DNA of 14,799 bases from Utricularia gibba (GCA_002189035.1 NEEC01000379.1:1-14799); one strand, 5' to 3'; shown: positions 1 to 9,294, numbered from the stretch's first letter. Numbers and translations: made by a program. Notes: generated by a model not told the origin, from the sequence alone.

Positions 1-3000
1 CGAGAGTTAGTTGTAGCTCGGAAAATAAAGTGATATATTTATTAACGTTCAGTTTTTGGGGGCTGCCTACATGGTTTTTCAAGGAACAGCTTCTCGTTTT
101 GTGGCGGCAGTCTCGCTGGGAACTTGGTCCTGACCCCGATTCTGTATGGCTCATGAGGTCAACCGGATGAAATCGATTAAAGAAAATGATGCCTTTCTTT
201 AAATTACGATATCACGTGCACCCCACATGATTTTTTCAACAACTTGCTTTATACTTGTGAGGCGGTCTTGGGGTGCACCTGGAACGGGACAAAGGTCAGG
301 TTTGGCTTGCGCCTAGAGTTAGTTGTAACACGGAAATAAAGTGATGTATTTATTAACGTTCAGTTTTGGGGGCTACCTACATGGTTTTTCAAGAAACAGC
401 TTCTCGTTTTGTGGCGGCCAGTCTCGCTGGGAACTTGGTCCTTGACCGCGATTATGTATGCTCATGAGGTCAACCGGATGGAAATCGATTAAAGAAAATG
501 ATGCCTTTCTTTAAATTACGATATCACGTGCACCCCACATGATTTTTTCAACAACTTGCTTTATACTTGTGGAGGCGGTCTTGGGGTGCACCTGGAACGG
601 GACAAAGGTCAGGTTTGGCTTGCGCAGAGAGTTAGTTGTAACACGGCAAATAAAGTGATGTATTTATTAACGTTCAGTTTTCGGGGCTGCCTACATGGTT
701 TTTCAAGGAACAGCTTCTCGTTTTGTGGCGGCCAGTCTCGCTGGGAACTTGGTCCTTGACCGCGATTATGTATGGCTCATGAGGTCAACCGGATGCAAAT
801 TGATTAAAAAAAATGATGCCTTTGTTTAAATTACGATATCACGTGCACCCCACATGATTTTTCGACAACTTACTTTATACTTGAGGAGGCGGTCTTGGGT
901 GCACCTAGAACGGGACAAAGGTCAGGTTTGGCTTGCGTTGAGAGTTAGTTGTTGCTCGGAAAATAAAGTGATGTATTTATTAACGTTCAGTTTTGGGGGC
1001 TGCCTACATGGTTTTTCAAGGAACAGCTTCTCGTTTTGTGGCGGCCAGTCTCGCTGGGAACTTGGTCCTTGACCCGATTATGTATGCTCATGAGGTCAAC
1101 CGGATGCAAATTGATTAAAAAAAATGATGCCTTTGTTTAAATTACGATATCACGTGCACCCACATGATTTTTTCGACAACTTACTTTATACTTGAGGAGG
1201 CGGTCTTGGGGTGCACCTAGAACGGGACAAAGGTCAGGTTTGGCTTGCGCGAGAGTTAGTTGTAGCTCGGAAAATAAAGTGATATATTTATTAACGTTCA
1301 GTTTTTGGGGGCTGCCTACATGGTTTTTCAAGGAACAGCTTCTCGTTTTTGTGGCGGCAGTCTCGCTGGGAACTTGGTCCTGACCCCGATTCTGTATGGC
1401 TCATGAGGTCAACCGGATGGAAATCGATTAAAGAAAATGATGCCTTCTTTAAATTACGATATCACGTGCACCCACATGATTTTTTCAACAACTTGCTTTA
1501 TACTTGTGAGGCGGTCTTGGGGTGCACCTGGAACGGGACAAAGGTCAGGTTTGGCTTGCGCCTAGAGTTAGTTGTAACACGGAAAATAAAGTGATGTATT
1601 TATTAACGTTCAGTTTTTGGGGCTACCTACATGGTTTTTCAAGAAACAGCTTCTCGTTTTTGTGGCGGCCAGTCTCGCTGGGAACTTGGTCCTTGACCCG
1701 ATTATGTATTGCTCATGAGGTCAACCGGATGCAAATTGATTAAAAAAAAATGATGCCTTTGTTTAAATTACGATATCACGTGCACCCACATGATTTTTTC
1801 AACAACTTACTTTATACTTGAGGAGGCGGTCTTGGGGTGCACCTAGAACGGGACAAAGGTCAGGTTTGGCTTGCGCCGAGAGTTAGTTGTAGCCCGGCAA
1901 AAATGTGATGTATTTCTTAACGTTCGGTTTTCGGGGGCTGCCTACATGGTTTTTCAAGGAACAGCTTCTCGTTTTGTGGCGGCCAGTCTCACTAGGAACT
2001 TGGTACGGGCCCCCGATTCTTTATGGCTCATGAGGTCAACCGGATGCAAATTGATTAAAAAAATGATGCCGTTGTTTAAATTACGATATCACGTGCACCC
2101 CACATGATTTTTTCGACAACTTACTTTATACTTGAGGAGGCGGTCTTGGGGTGCACCTAGAACGGGACAAAGGTCAGGTTTGGCTTGCGCCGAGAGTTAG
2201 TTGTAGCTCGGAAAATAAAGTGATATATTTATTAACGTTCAGTTTTTGGGGGCTGCCTACATGGTTTTTCAAGGAACAGCTTCTCGTTTTTTGTGGCGGC
2301 GAGTCTCGCTGGGAACTTGGTCCTTGACCCCGATTATGTATGGCTCATGAGGTCAACCGGATGGAAATCGATTAAGAAAATGATGCCTTTGTTTAAATTA
2401 CGATATCACGTGCACCCTACATGATTTTTTCAACAACTTACTTTATACTTGAGGAGGCGGTCTTGGGGTGCACCTGGAACGGGACAAAGGTCAGGTTTGG
2501 CTTGCGCCGAGAGTTAGTTGTAGCTCGGAAAATAAAGTGATATATTTATTAACGTTCAGTTTTGGGGCTGCCTACATGGTTTTTCAAGGAACAGCTTCTC
2601 GTTTTTGTGGCGGCAGTCTCGCTGGGAACTTGGTCCTTGACCCCGATTATGTATGGCTCGTGAGGTCAACCGGATGGAAATCGATTAAGGAAAATGATGC
2701 CTTTGTTTAAATTACGATATCACGTGCACCCTACATGATTTTTTCAACAACTTACTTTATACTTGAGGAGGCGGTCTTGGGGTGCACCTGAACGGGACAA
2801 AGGTCAGGTTTGGCTTGCGCCGAGAGTTAGTTGTAGCTCGGCAAATAAAGTGATGTATTTATTAACGTTCAGTTTTTGGGGGCTGCCTACATGGTTTTTC
2901 AAGGAACAGCTTCTCGTTTTTGTGGCGGCCAGTCTCGCTAGGAACTTGGTCCTTGACCCGATTCTGTATGGCTCATGAGGTCAACCGGATGGAAATCGAT

Positions 3001-4565
3001 TAAAGAAAATGATGCCTTTCTTTAAATTACGATATCACGTGCACCCCACATGATTTTTTCAACAACTTGCTTTATACTTGTGGAGGCGGTCTTGGGTGCA
3101 CCTGGAACGGGACAAAGGTCAGGTTTGGCTTGCGCAGAGAGTTAGTTGTAACACGGCAAATAATGTGATGTATTTATTAACGTTCAGTTTTCGGGGGCTG
3201 CCTACATGGTTTTGCAAGGAACAGCTTCTCGTTTTGTGGCGGCCAGTCTCGCTGGGAACTTGGTCCTTGACCGCGATTATGTATGGCTCATGAGGTCAAC
3301 CGGATGCAAATTGATTAAAAAAAATGATGCCTTTGTTTAAATTACGATATCACGTGCACCCCACATGATTTTTTCAACAACTTACTTTATACTTGAGAGG
3401 CGGTCTTTGGGTGCACTTGGAACCGGAAAAAGATCAGCTTAGGCCTTGGCCCAAAGTAAGTTGTAGACCGGCAAAGAAAGTGATGTATTTATTAACGTTC
3501 GGTTTTCGGTTTTGCCTACATGGTTTTTCAAGGAACAGCTTCTCGTTTTGTGGCGGCCAGTCTCGCTTGGAACTTGGTCCTTCACCCCGATTCTGTATGG
3601 CTCATGAGGTCAACCGGATGCAAATCGATTAAAAAACTGATGCCTTTGTTTAAATTACGATATCACATGCACCCCACATGATTTTTTAAACAACTTGCTT
3701 TATACTTGTGGAGGCGGTCTTGGGGTGCACCTGGAACGGGACAAAGGTCAGGGTCAGCTTGGGCCGAGAGTTAGTTGTAGCCCGGCAAATAAAATGTTGG
3801 TCCGGGCCCCCGATTCTTTATGACTCATGAGGACAAAGGATGCAAATCGATGAATACAATGATGCATTTGTTTAAATGACGATATCACGTGCACCCTACA
3901 TGATTTTTTCAACAACTTACTTTATACTTGAGGAGGTGGTCTTGGGGGGCAAGGGGAACCGGAAAAAGGTCAGCTTAGGCTTGGGCCGAAAGTAAGTTGT
4001 AGCCCGGCAAATAAAGTGATGTATTTCTTAACGTTTGGTTTTCGGGGTTGCCTACATGGTTTTCAAGGTACAGCTTCTTGTTTTGTGGCGGCCAGTCTCA
4101 CTAGGAACTTGGTCCGGGCCCCCGATTCTTTATGGCTCATGAGTACAAAGGATGCAAATCGATGAATACAATGATGCATTTGTTTAAATTACGATATCAC
4201 GTGCATCCTACATGATTTTTTCAACAACTTACTTTATACTTGAGGAGGTGCTCTTCGGGGCAAGAGGAACCGGAAAGAGGTCAGCTTAGGCTTGGGCTGA
4301 AAGTAAGTGTTATCCCGGCAAAGAAAGTGATGTATTTATTAACGTTCGGTTTTCAGGGTTGCCTTTATGGTTTTACAAGGTACAACTTCCCGTTTTGTGG
4401 CGGCCAGTCTCACTAGGAACTTGGTCCGGGCCCCCGATTCTTTATGCCTCATGAGGACAAAGGATGCAAATCGATGAATACAATGATGCATTTTTAAATT
4501 ACGATATCACGTGCACCCTACATGATTTTTTCAACAACTTACTTTATACTTGAGGAGGTGGTCTT
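1..4565. repeat. Tandem satellite array, left block (~14.5 monomers of ~310-317 bp; variant A 1-~3350, transition ~3351-3885, variant B ~3886-4565)
   Basis: The motif CACGTG in ttacgatatCACGTGcacc recurs at 213, 525, 840, 1151, 1463, 1777, 2090, 2407, 2721, 3036, 3351, 3664 (as CACATG), 3886, 4198 and 4508. Spacings are 310-317 bp except one 222-bp unit. Confidence 0.97.
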
Positions 4566-4839
4566 CGATGTGTCCCTCTAATCTATAGAGATTAGCAACC
4601 CACAAAAAAGAGGTGATTTTGAAGCTTAGAAGAGAACCCACCGAAGTCTACCCTCAAGAGAATAAATCTCTTGCAACCAGACTTCGAAACAAAGAAAATT
4701 AGGAGCCACACTTCAGAAAGAGAGATTGATTGGAAGTGATAATCCTAGAACGCCACAAGCTCAAAGCTTGATAAGTTAAGAGTGTTCAAGCACTCAAAGG
4801 AGAGGGGAATCCTCACAAGATACATAAAATGACCAAAGA
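4566..4839 (-). repeat. 3' LTR, distal part (putative R/U5, 274 bp), separated from the rest by the nested solo LTR
   Basis: Matches 11294-11567 apart from a few substitutions and two 1-bp indels. The terminal base reads C (cgatg) instead of T (tgatg), so the true LTR start may be 4567. Confidence 0.93.
4835..4839. repeat. Target site duplication AAAGA, left copy, of the nested solo LTR
   Basis: acc-AAAGA-TGATGAGCC. The uninterrupted LTR reads acc-AAAGA-tcctg at 11560-11572. Confidence 0.92.
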
Positions 4840-5441
4840 TGATGAGCCCCAGGAAGATAATGAAGTGTATTTGAAGAATGATGAGGAGTTTGTTCAAGTG
4901 AACAAATTAGAAAGAAAGATGTTTCCACCAGGACCAATGACTAGGAGCAAGACAAAGATGGTTGAAGATACACTTAAGGGTCTACTCAATACCATTGGAA
5001 TCAAAGATGGGCTTGAAGACATCCATCAAAAGAGGTCAACTACTTGAAGATGGACTTAACTTAGAGCATTGGGCTTGTTAGACTTTTCTATTTCATTTAG
5101 TTTGGACTATGTAATGTTAGAGCTCAATTCTAGAGTATATTTACTCTAGAGATGTACTAATTCAGGATCTTTGGTCATTTTATGTATCTTGTGAGATTCC
5201 TCTCTCCTTTGAGTGCTTGAACACTCTTAACTTATCAAGCTTTGAGCTTGTGGCGTTCTAGGATTATCACTTCCAATCAATCTCTCTTTTCTGAAGTGTG
5301 GCTCCTAATTTTCTTTGTTTCGAAGTCTGGTTGCAAGAGATTTATTCTCTTGAGGGTAGACTTCGGTGGGTTCTCTTCTAAGCTTCAAAATCACCTCTTT
5401 TTTGTGGGTTGCTAATCTCTATAGATTAGAGGGTCACATCA
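4840..5441 (+). mobile_element. Solo LTR (602 bp) of the same family, inverted relative to the host element
   Basis: Starts TGATGAGCCC, ends GGTCACATCA. It is the reverse complement of 11294-11896 with about two substitutions and one 1-bp deletion by eye, is flanked by a 5-bp direct repeat, and has no adjacent PBS or PPT. Confidence 0.95.
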
Positions 5442-5446
5442 AAAGA
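5442..5446. repeat. Target site duplication AAAGA, right copy
   Basis: CACATCA-AAAGA-tcctgaattag. Confidence 0.92.
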
Positions 5447-5775
5447 TCCTGAATTAGTACATCTCTAGAGTATTTATACTCTAGAATTGGGCTCTAACAT
5501 TACATAGTCCAAACTAAATGAAATAGAAAAGTCTAACAAGCCCAATGCTCTAAGTTAAGTCCATCTTCAAGTAGTTGACCTCTTTTGATGGGATGTCTTC
5601 AAGCCCATCTTTGATTCCAATGGTATTGAGTAGACCCTTAAGTGTATCTTCAACCATCTTTGTCTTGCTCCTAGTCATTGGTCCTGGTGGAATCATCTTT
5701 CTTTCTAATTTGTTCACTTGAACAAACTCCTCATCATTCTTCAAATACACTTCATTATCTTCCTGGGGCTCATCA
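5447..5775 (-). repeat. 3' LTR, proximal part (putative U3, 329 bp)
   Basis: Matches 11568-11896; 5491-5775 looks identical by eye. Ends gggctCATCA and abuts the PPT. 274 + 329 = 603 bp, equal to the 5' LTR. Confidence 0.95.
5464..5485 (-). promoter_or_regulatory. Candidate TATA box (TATAAATA on minus strand, 5471-5478) inside a short inverted repeat in the 3' LTR
   Basis: tctagagtat-tt-atactctaga. The homologous sites at 5129-5150 and 11585-11606 read TATATTTA in LTR sense. Promoter function is inferred from motif and position only. Confidence 0.5.
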
Positions 5776-5963
5776 TCCCCCCTTTCTTTACGAAGATTCG
5801 TCCCTGAATCTGTATCCATGTCGAAAAGAGACAAATCAGCAACATTGAAAGTTGAATGAACAGAATACTCACCTGGTAAATCTAGCTTGTACGCATTATC
5901 ATTAACGCGCTCAACAACTTGGAAAGGGCCATCTCCACGAGGTAGAAGTTTGGACTTTCTCTT
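5550..5963 (-). CDS. pol: Integrase C-terminal region with CR-motif-like putative targeting domain; last 226 nt lie inside the 3' LTR
   Basis: [14 protein letters not shown]...AYKLDLP...HSTFNVADL...[19 protein letters not shown] in ORF 5550-6077; the part upstream of ~5963 is out of frame. Confidence 0.85.
   Translation of the reverse strand, partial: KRKSKLLPRGDGPFQVVERVNDNAYKLDLPGEYSVHSTFNVADLSLFDMDTDSGTNLRKERGDDEPQEDNEVYLKNDEEFVQVNKLERKMIPPGPMTRSKTKMVEDTLKGLLNTIGIKDGLEDIPSKEVNYLKMDLT
5776..5789 (-). other. Polypurine tract (PPT)
   Basis: Minus strand reads AAAGAAAGGGGGGA, 14 purines immediately before TGATG of the 3' LTR. Confidence 0.92.
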
Positions 5964-6703
5964 TTGTGGGAAATCTCTCCTTCCTAAGATGAAGCCAAAC
6001 CCAATCTCCAGGTTCAAATACAACTTTGCGTCTCCCCTTGTTTGCTGCTGATGCATACTTTGCATTGTTGCATTCAATCTGTTGTTTCACCTTTTCATGC
6101 AATCTTCTGATTGCATCAGCTCTCTTCTTGCCATCTAAACTAACTTTCTCATCACAAGGCAAACGTAACATATCCAAAGGTGTAAGAGGATTAAAACCAT
6201 AAACGACTTCAAATGGAGATAATTTAGTAGTTAGATGCATGGTTCTATTGTAAGCAAACTCAACAAGTGGCAAACATTCCTCCCAAGTCTTAAGATTTGA
6301 TTTAATCATAATCCTAAGTAAGGTAGAAAGTGTGCGATTAGTTACCTCAGTTTGCCCATCGGTTTGAGGGTGACATATTGTTGAGTATAACAGCTTAGTG
6401 CTAAGTTTACTCCAAAGAACTCTCCAAAAGTGACTAAGAAACCTTGCATCTCGATCAGAGACAATAGTTAGGGGCATACCATGAAGTCTAACAACTTCCC
6501 TAAAGAAGAGATCAGCCACATGAGATGCATCATCAGTTTTATGGCAGGGAATAAAGTGTGCCATCTTTGAAAACCTGTCCACAACAACGAAAATTGAATC
6601 TCTACCCCTTTGGGTACGAGGTAAGCCTAAAACAAAGTCCATAGAAATGTCCACCCATGGTTGGGAAGGAGTAGGGAGTGGAGTATACAAACCATTAGGG
6701 CAG
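5963..6703 (-). CDS. pol: Integrase catalytic core fragment (rve-type, D,D35E)
   Basis: [31 protein letters not shown] in ORF 5911-6690; ends set by inferred frameshifts. Confidence 0.93.
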
Positions 6704-7360
6704 TGGTTGATTTAGCCTTCCTACAAGAGATACATCTAGAACAAATTCTTTCAACATCCCTTCTCATGTGTGGCCAAAAGAAATGTTGGGTGAGAGTATC
6801 AAGAGTCTTTTTAACACCAAAATGTCCCATTAGTCCCCCACCATGAGCTTCTCTAACAATCAAATCACGTATGGAGCAAGAAGGAATGCACAGCCTATCT
6901 TTCCTATAAAGAAAACCATCTTTCCTGAAGAATAGCCCAGATGTAGCAAGTTCACATGCCTTATAAATATCCCCAAAATCGTGATCATGAACATATAAGT
7001 CAATGATGGAAGCAAATCCAAGAATTCTTGCATCAAGATTGGCTAAGAGAGTGTACCTTCGAGATAAAGCATCAGCAACCACATTCTCCTTACCTTTCTT
7101 GTATTTGATCACATATGGGAATGTGTCAATGAATTCCACCCACTTAGCATGTCTTCTATTCAGCTTTACTTGAGCCTTCAAATGTTTGAGAGACTCATGA
7201 TCAGTGTGTATCACGAACTCCTTAGGCCATAAGTAGTGCTGCCATGTCTCCAAAGCTCTAACCAACGCATACAACTCTTTGTCATATGTTGGATAGTTGA
7301 GGGTGGCACCATGAAGCTTCTCACTAAAATAAGCAAGTGGACGTCCCTTTTGCATCACAC
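6703..7360 (-). CDS. pol: RNase H C-terminal part and integrase HHCC zinc-binding domain fragment
   Basis: [23 protein letters not shown]; [12 protein letters not shown]...CISC in ORF 6627-7370. Confidence 0.93.
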
Positions 7361-7714
7361 ACAGTACCAATCCCTAAACCTGATGCATCACATTCAATTT
7401 CAAAAGTATCAGAAAAATTTGGAAGTGCTAGGAGAGGTGTTGAGCAAAGCTTCTTGAGTTGTTTGAAAGCATGTTCCTGCTCATCTCCCCAATGAAATGC
7501 ATGATTTTTCTTGATCAACTGGGTGAGGGGTGCTGCTATAGAACTGAAGTCCCTAACAAACCGTCTATAGAAACTTGCTAAACCATGAAAACTCCTAACT
7601 TCACCCACTGATGTAGGTGTTGGCCATTCTTGATTTGCTCTTACTTTCTCTTCATCCACAGCTACTCCTGCATTACTTACAACATATCCAAGAAAAGAGA
7701 CACTATTTGTGCAA
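7360..7714 (-). CDS. pol: RT thumb/connection and start of RNase H fragment
   Basis: [38 protein letters not shown] in ORF 7324-7722. Confidence 0.92.
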
Positions 7715-9165
7715 AGACACACTTTTTGATATTAGCAAACAACTTCTCTTTTCTAAGAGTATCTAACACATCTTTCAAATGCCCTATATGTTCCTCAATA
7801 CTTTTACTATAGATCAGAATATCATCAAAATAAACAACAACAAATCTACCTATAAAAGGCCTAAGAACGTGATTCATCAATCTCATAAAGGTGCTAGGAG
7901 CATTGGTTAACCCAAAAGGCATAACAACCCACTTATACAAACCAAACTTAGTTTTAAAAGCAGTTTTCCACTCATCACCTTCCTTCATTCTAATCTGATG
8001 ATATCCACTTCTCAAATCAATCTTACTAAAAACACAAGCACCATGCAATTCATCAAGCATATCTTCAAGTCTAGGGATAGGATGTCTATACTTGATTGTG
8101 ATGTTGTTGATGGCGCGACAATCAGTGCACATCCGCCAAGTTCCATCAGACTTTGGAACCAATAACACCGGCACCGAGCAAGGACTCATGCTCTCACGCA
8201 CAAATCCTTTAGACACCAATTCCTCAACTTGTTTTTGTATTTCCTTCGTCTCCTCTGGATTGGCTCGGTATGCTGGTCGGTTTGGGAGTTGTGCTCTAGG
8301 GACAAGGTCAATTTGATGCTCAATCCCTCTAAGGGGAGGTAAGCCTTGAAGTTCTTCTGGAAAAACATCTTCATATACATGTAAGAGAGACACAACACAA
8401 GATGGAATGGATGAAGCATGGTTAGGTGAAGTATGAACTTCATCCTTATACATGAGTAGAATGAATGGTTGCCTAGCATAAAGTAAGTGTCTAATCTCAC
8501 TTGGCCTTGCTAATAGACTCTCATTCTTTCTCTCAATTCCTAAAACTCTCATGTTTTCACTCTCTGTTTTGTGCTCATTTTCATCCTTTTTTTCACTCAA
8601 TTCCTTGCCATCTCTTCTTTTTTCTCCACTTTTTCGCATCTTTTTTTCACTCATTTTCACTTCACTCATCTCTTCTCCCTTACGAACGACCACCTTGTGC
8701 TTTCCATTATCAGTATGAAGGCCTCTAGCATCACTCAGAATTCTGACTTGATCTTCATGTGCCTCCTTTGGAGATAATGGAGCAAGTGTGATGGAGCGTC
8801 CATTATAATTGAAGGAATATTTGTTCTTGAAACCATCATGAAATGCTCTTCTATCATATTCCCAAGGTCTCCCAAGAAGAATATGGCTTGCATGCATAGG
8901 AACAACATCACATAGGACTTCATCTTCATATCTCCCTATGGAAAACGTCACAAGCACTTGTTTGGTAACCTTTACCTCAATTACTTCATTGAACCACTGC
9001 AGATTGTAAGGCTTAGGATGCCTCACGGTGGGTAGTCCCAATTTCTCCACCAAGATGTTGCTAGCAACATTGGTGCAACTACCTCCATCAATAATCAGGC
9101 TGCAAACTTTCCTATTAACAAAGCATCGGGTTTGAAACAAGTTCTCCCTTTGCTCTTCATTTATC
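7714..9165 (-). CDS. pol: Aspartic protease plus reverse transcriptase fragment
   Basis: Protease LIIDGGSCTN; RT motifs DLRSGYHQIRM, VMPFGLTNAPSTF and YFDDILIYS in ORF 7677-9140. Confidence 0.95.
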
Positions 9166-9294
9166 CTTCACCCAATGTTAAGCGTCCTTCGAGTGACTAA
9201 TACTTCTCCAGAAACAGGCAATTCATCCTCATCACTCACTTCAGCTTCTGTCTCCACTAGATCATCATCATCTTCACTAACAACTTCGCCATTG

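Noticed and set aside
556-3632. Recurrent 60-81 aa ORFs in the left satellite (MHLERDKGQVWLA...)
   Set aside because: They are translations of the repeat unit; frames shift from copy to copy, most starts are non-ATG, and there is no recognisable protein motif.
3720-3785. Resemblance to plant 5S rRNA (gcttgggccgagagttagttgtag vs GCTTGGGCGAGAGTAGTACTAG; gtgcacccc followed by a T-run)
   Set aside because: The match is a short gapped patch, no C-box is visible, and the spacing to the 3'-like motif is ~220 bp rather than ~60 bp. This is not a 5S array. An Infernal RF00001 search would settle any remote ancestry.
4829-5047. 72-aa ORF on the + strand
   Set aside because: It is the LTR-encoded integrase tail in the solo LTR, with an ATG borrowed from the flank and a frameshift near the end; no sign of an independent gene.
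4566-5775. Reading the inverted repeats as TIRs of a MITE or DNA transposon
   Set aside because: They are fully explained as LTR copies with TGATG/CATCA ends and a 5-bp integrase-type TSD.
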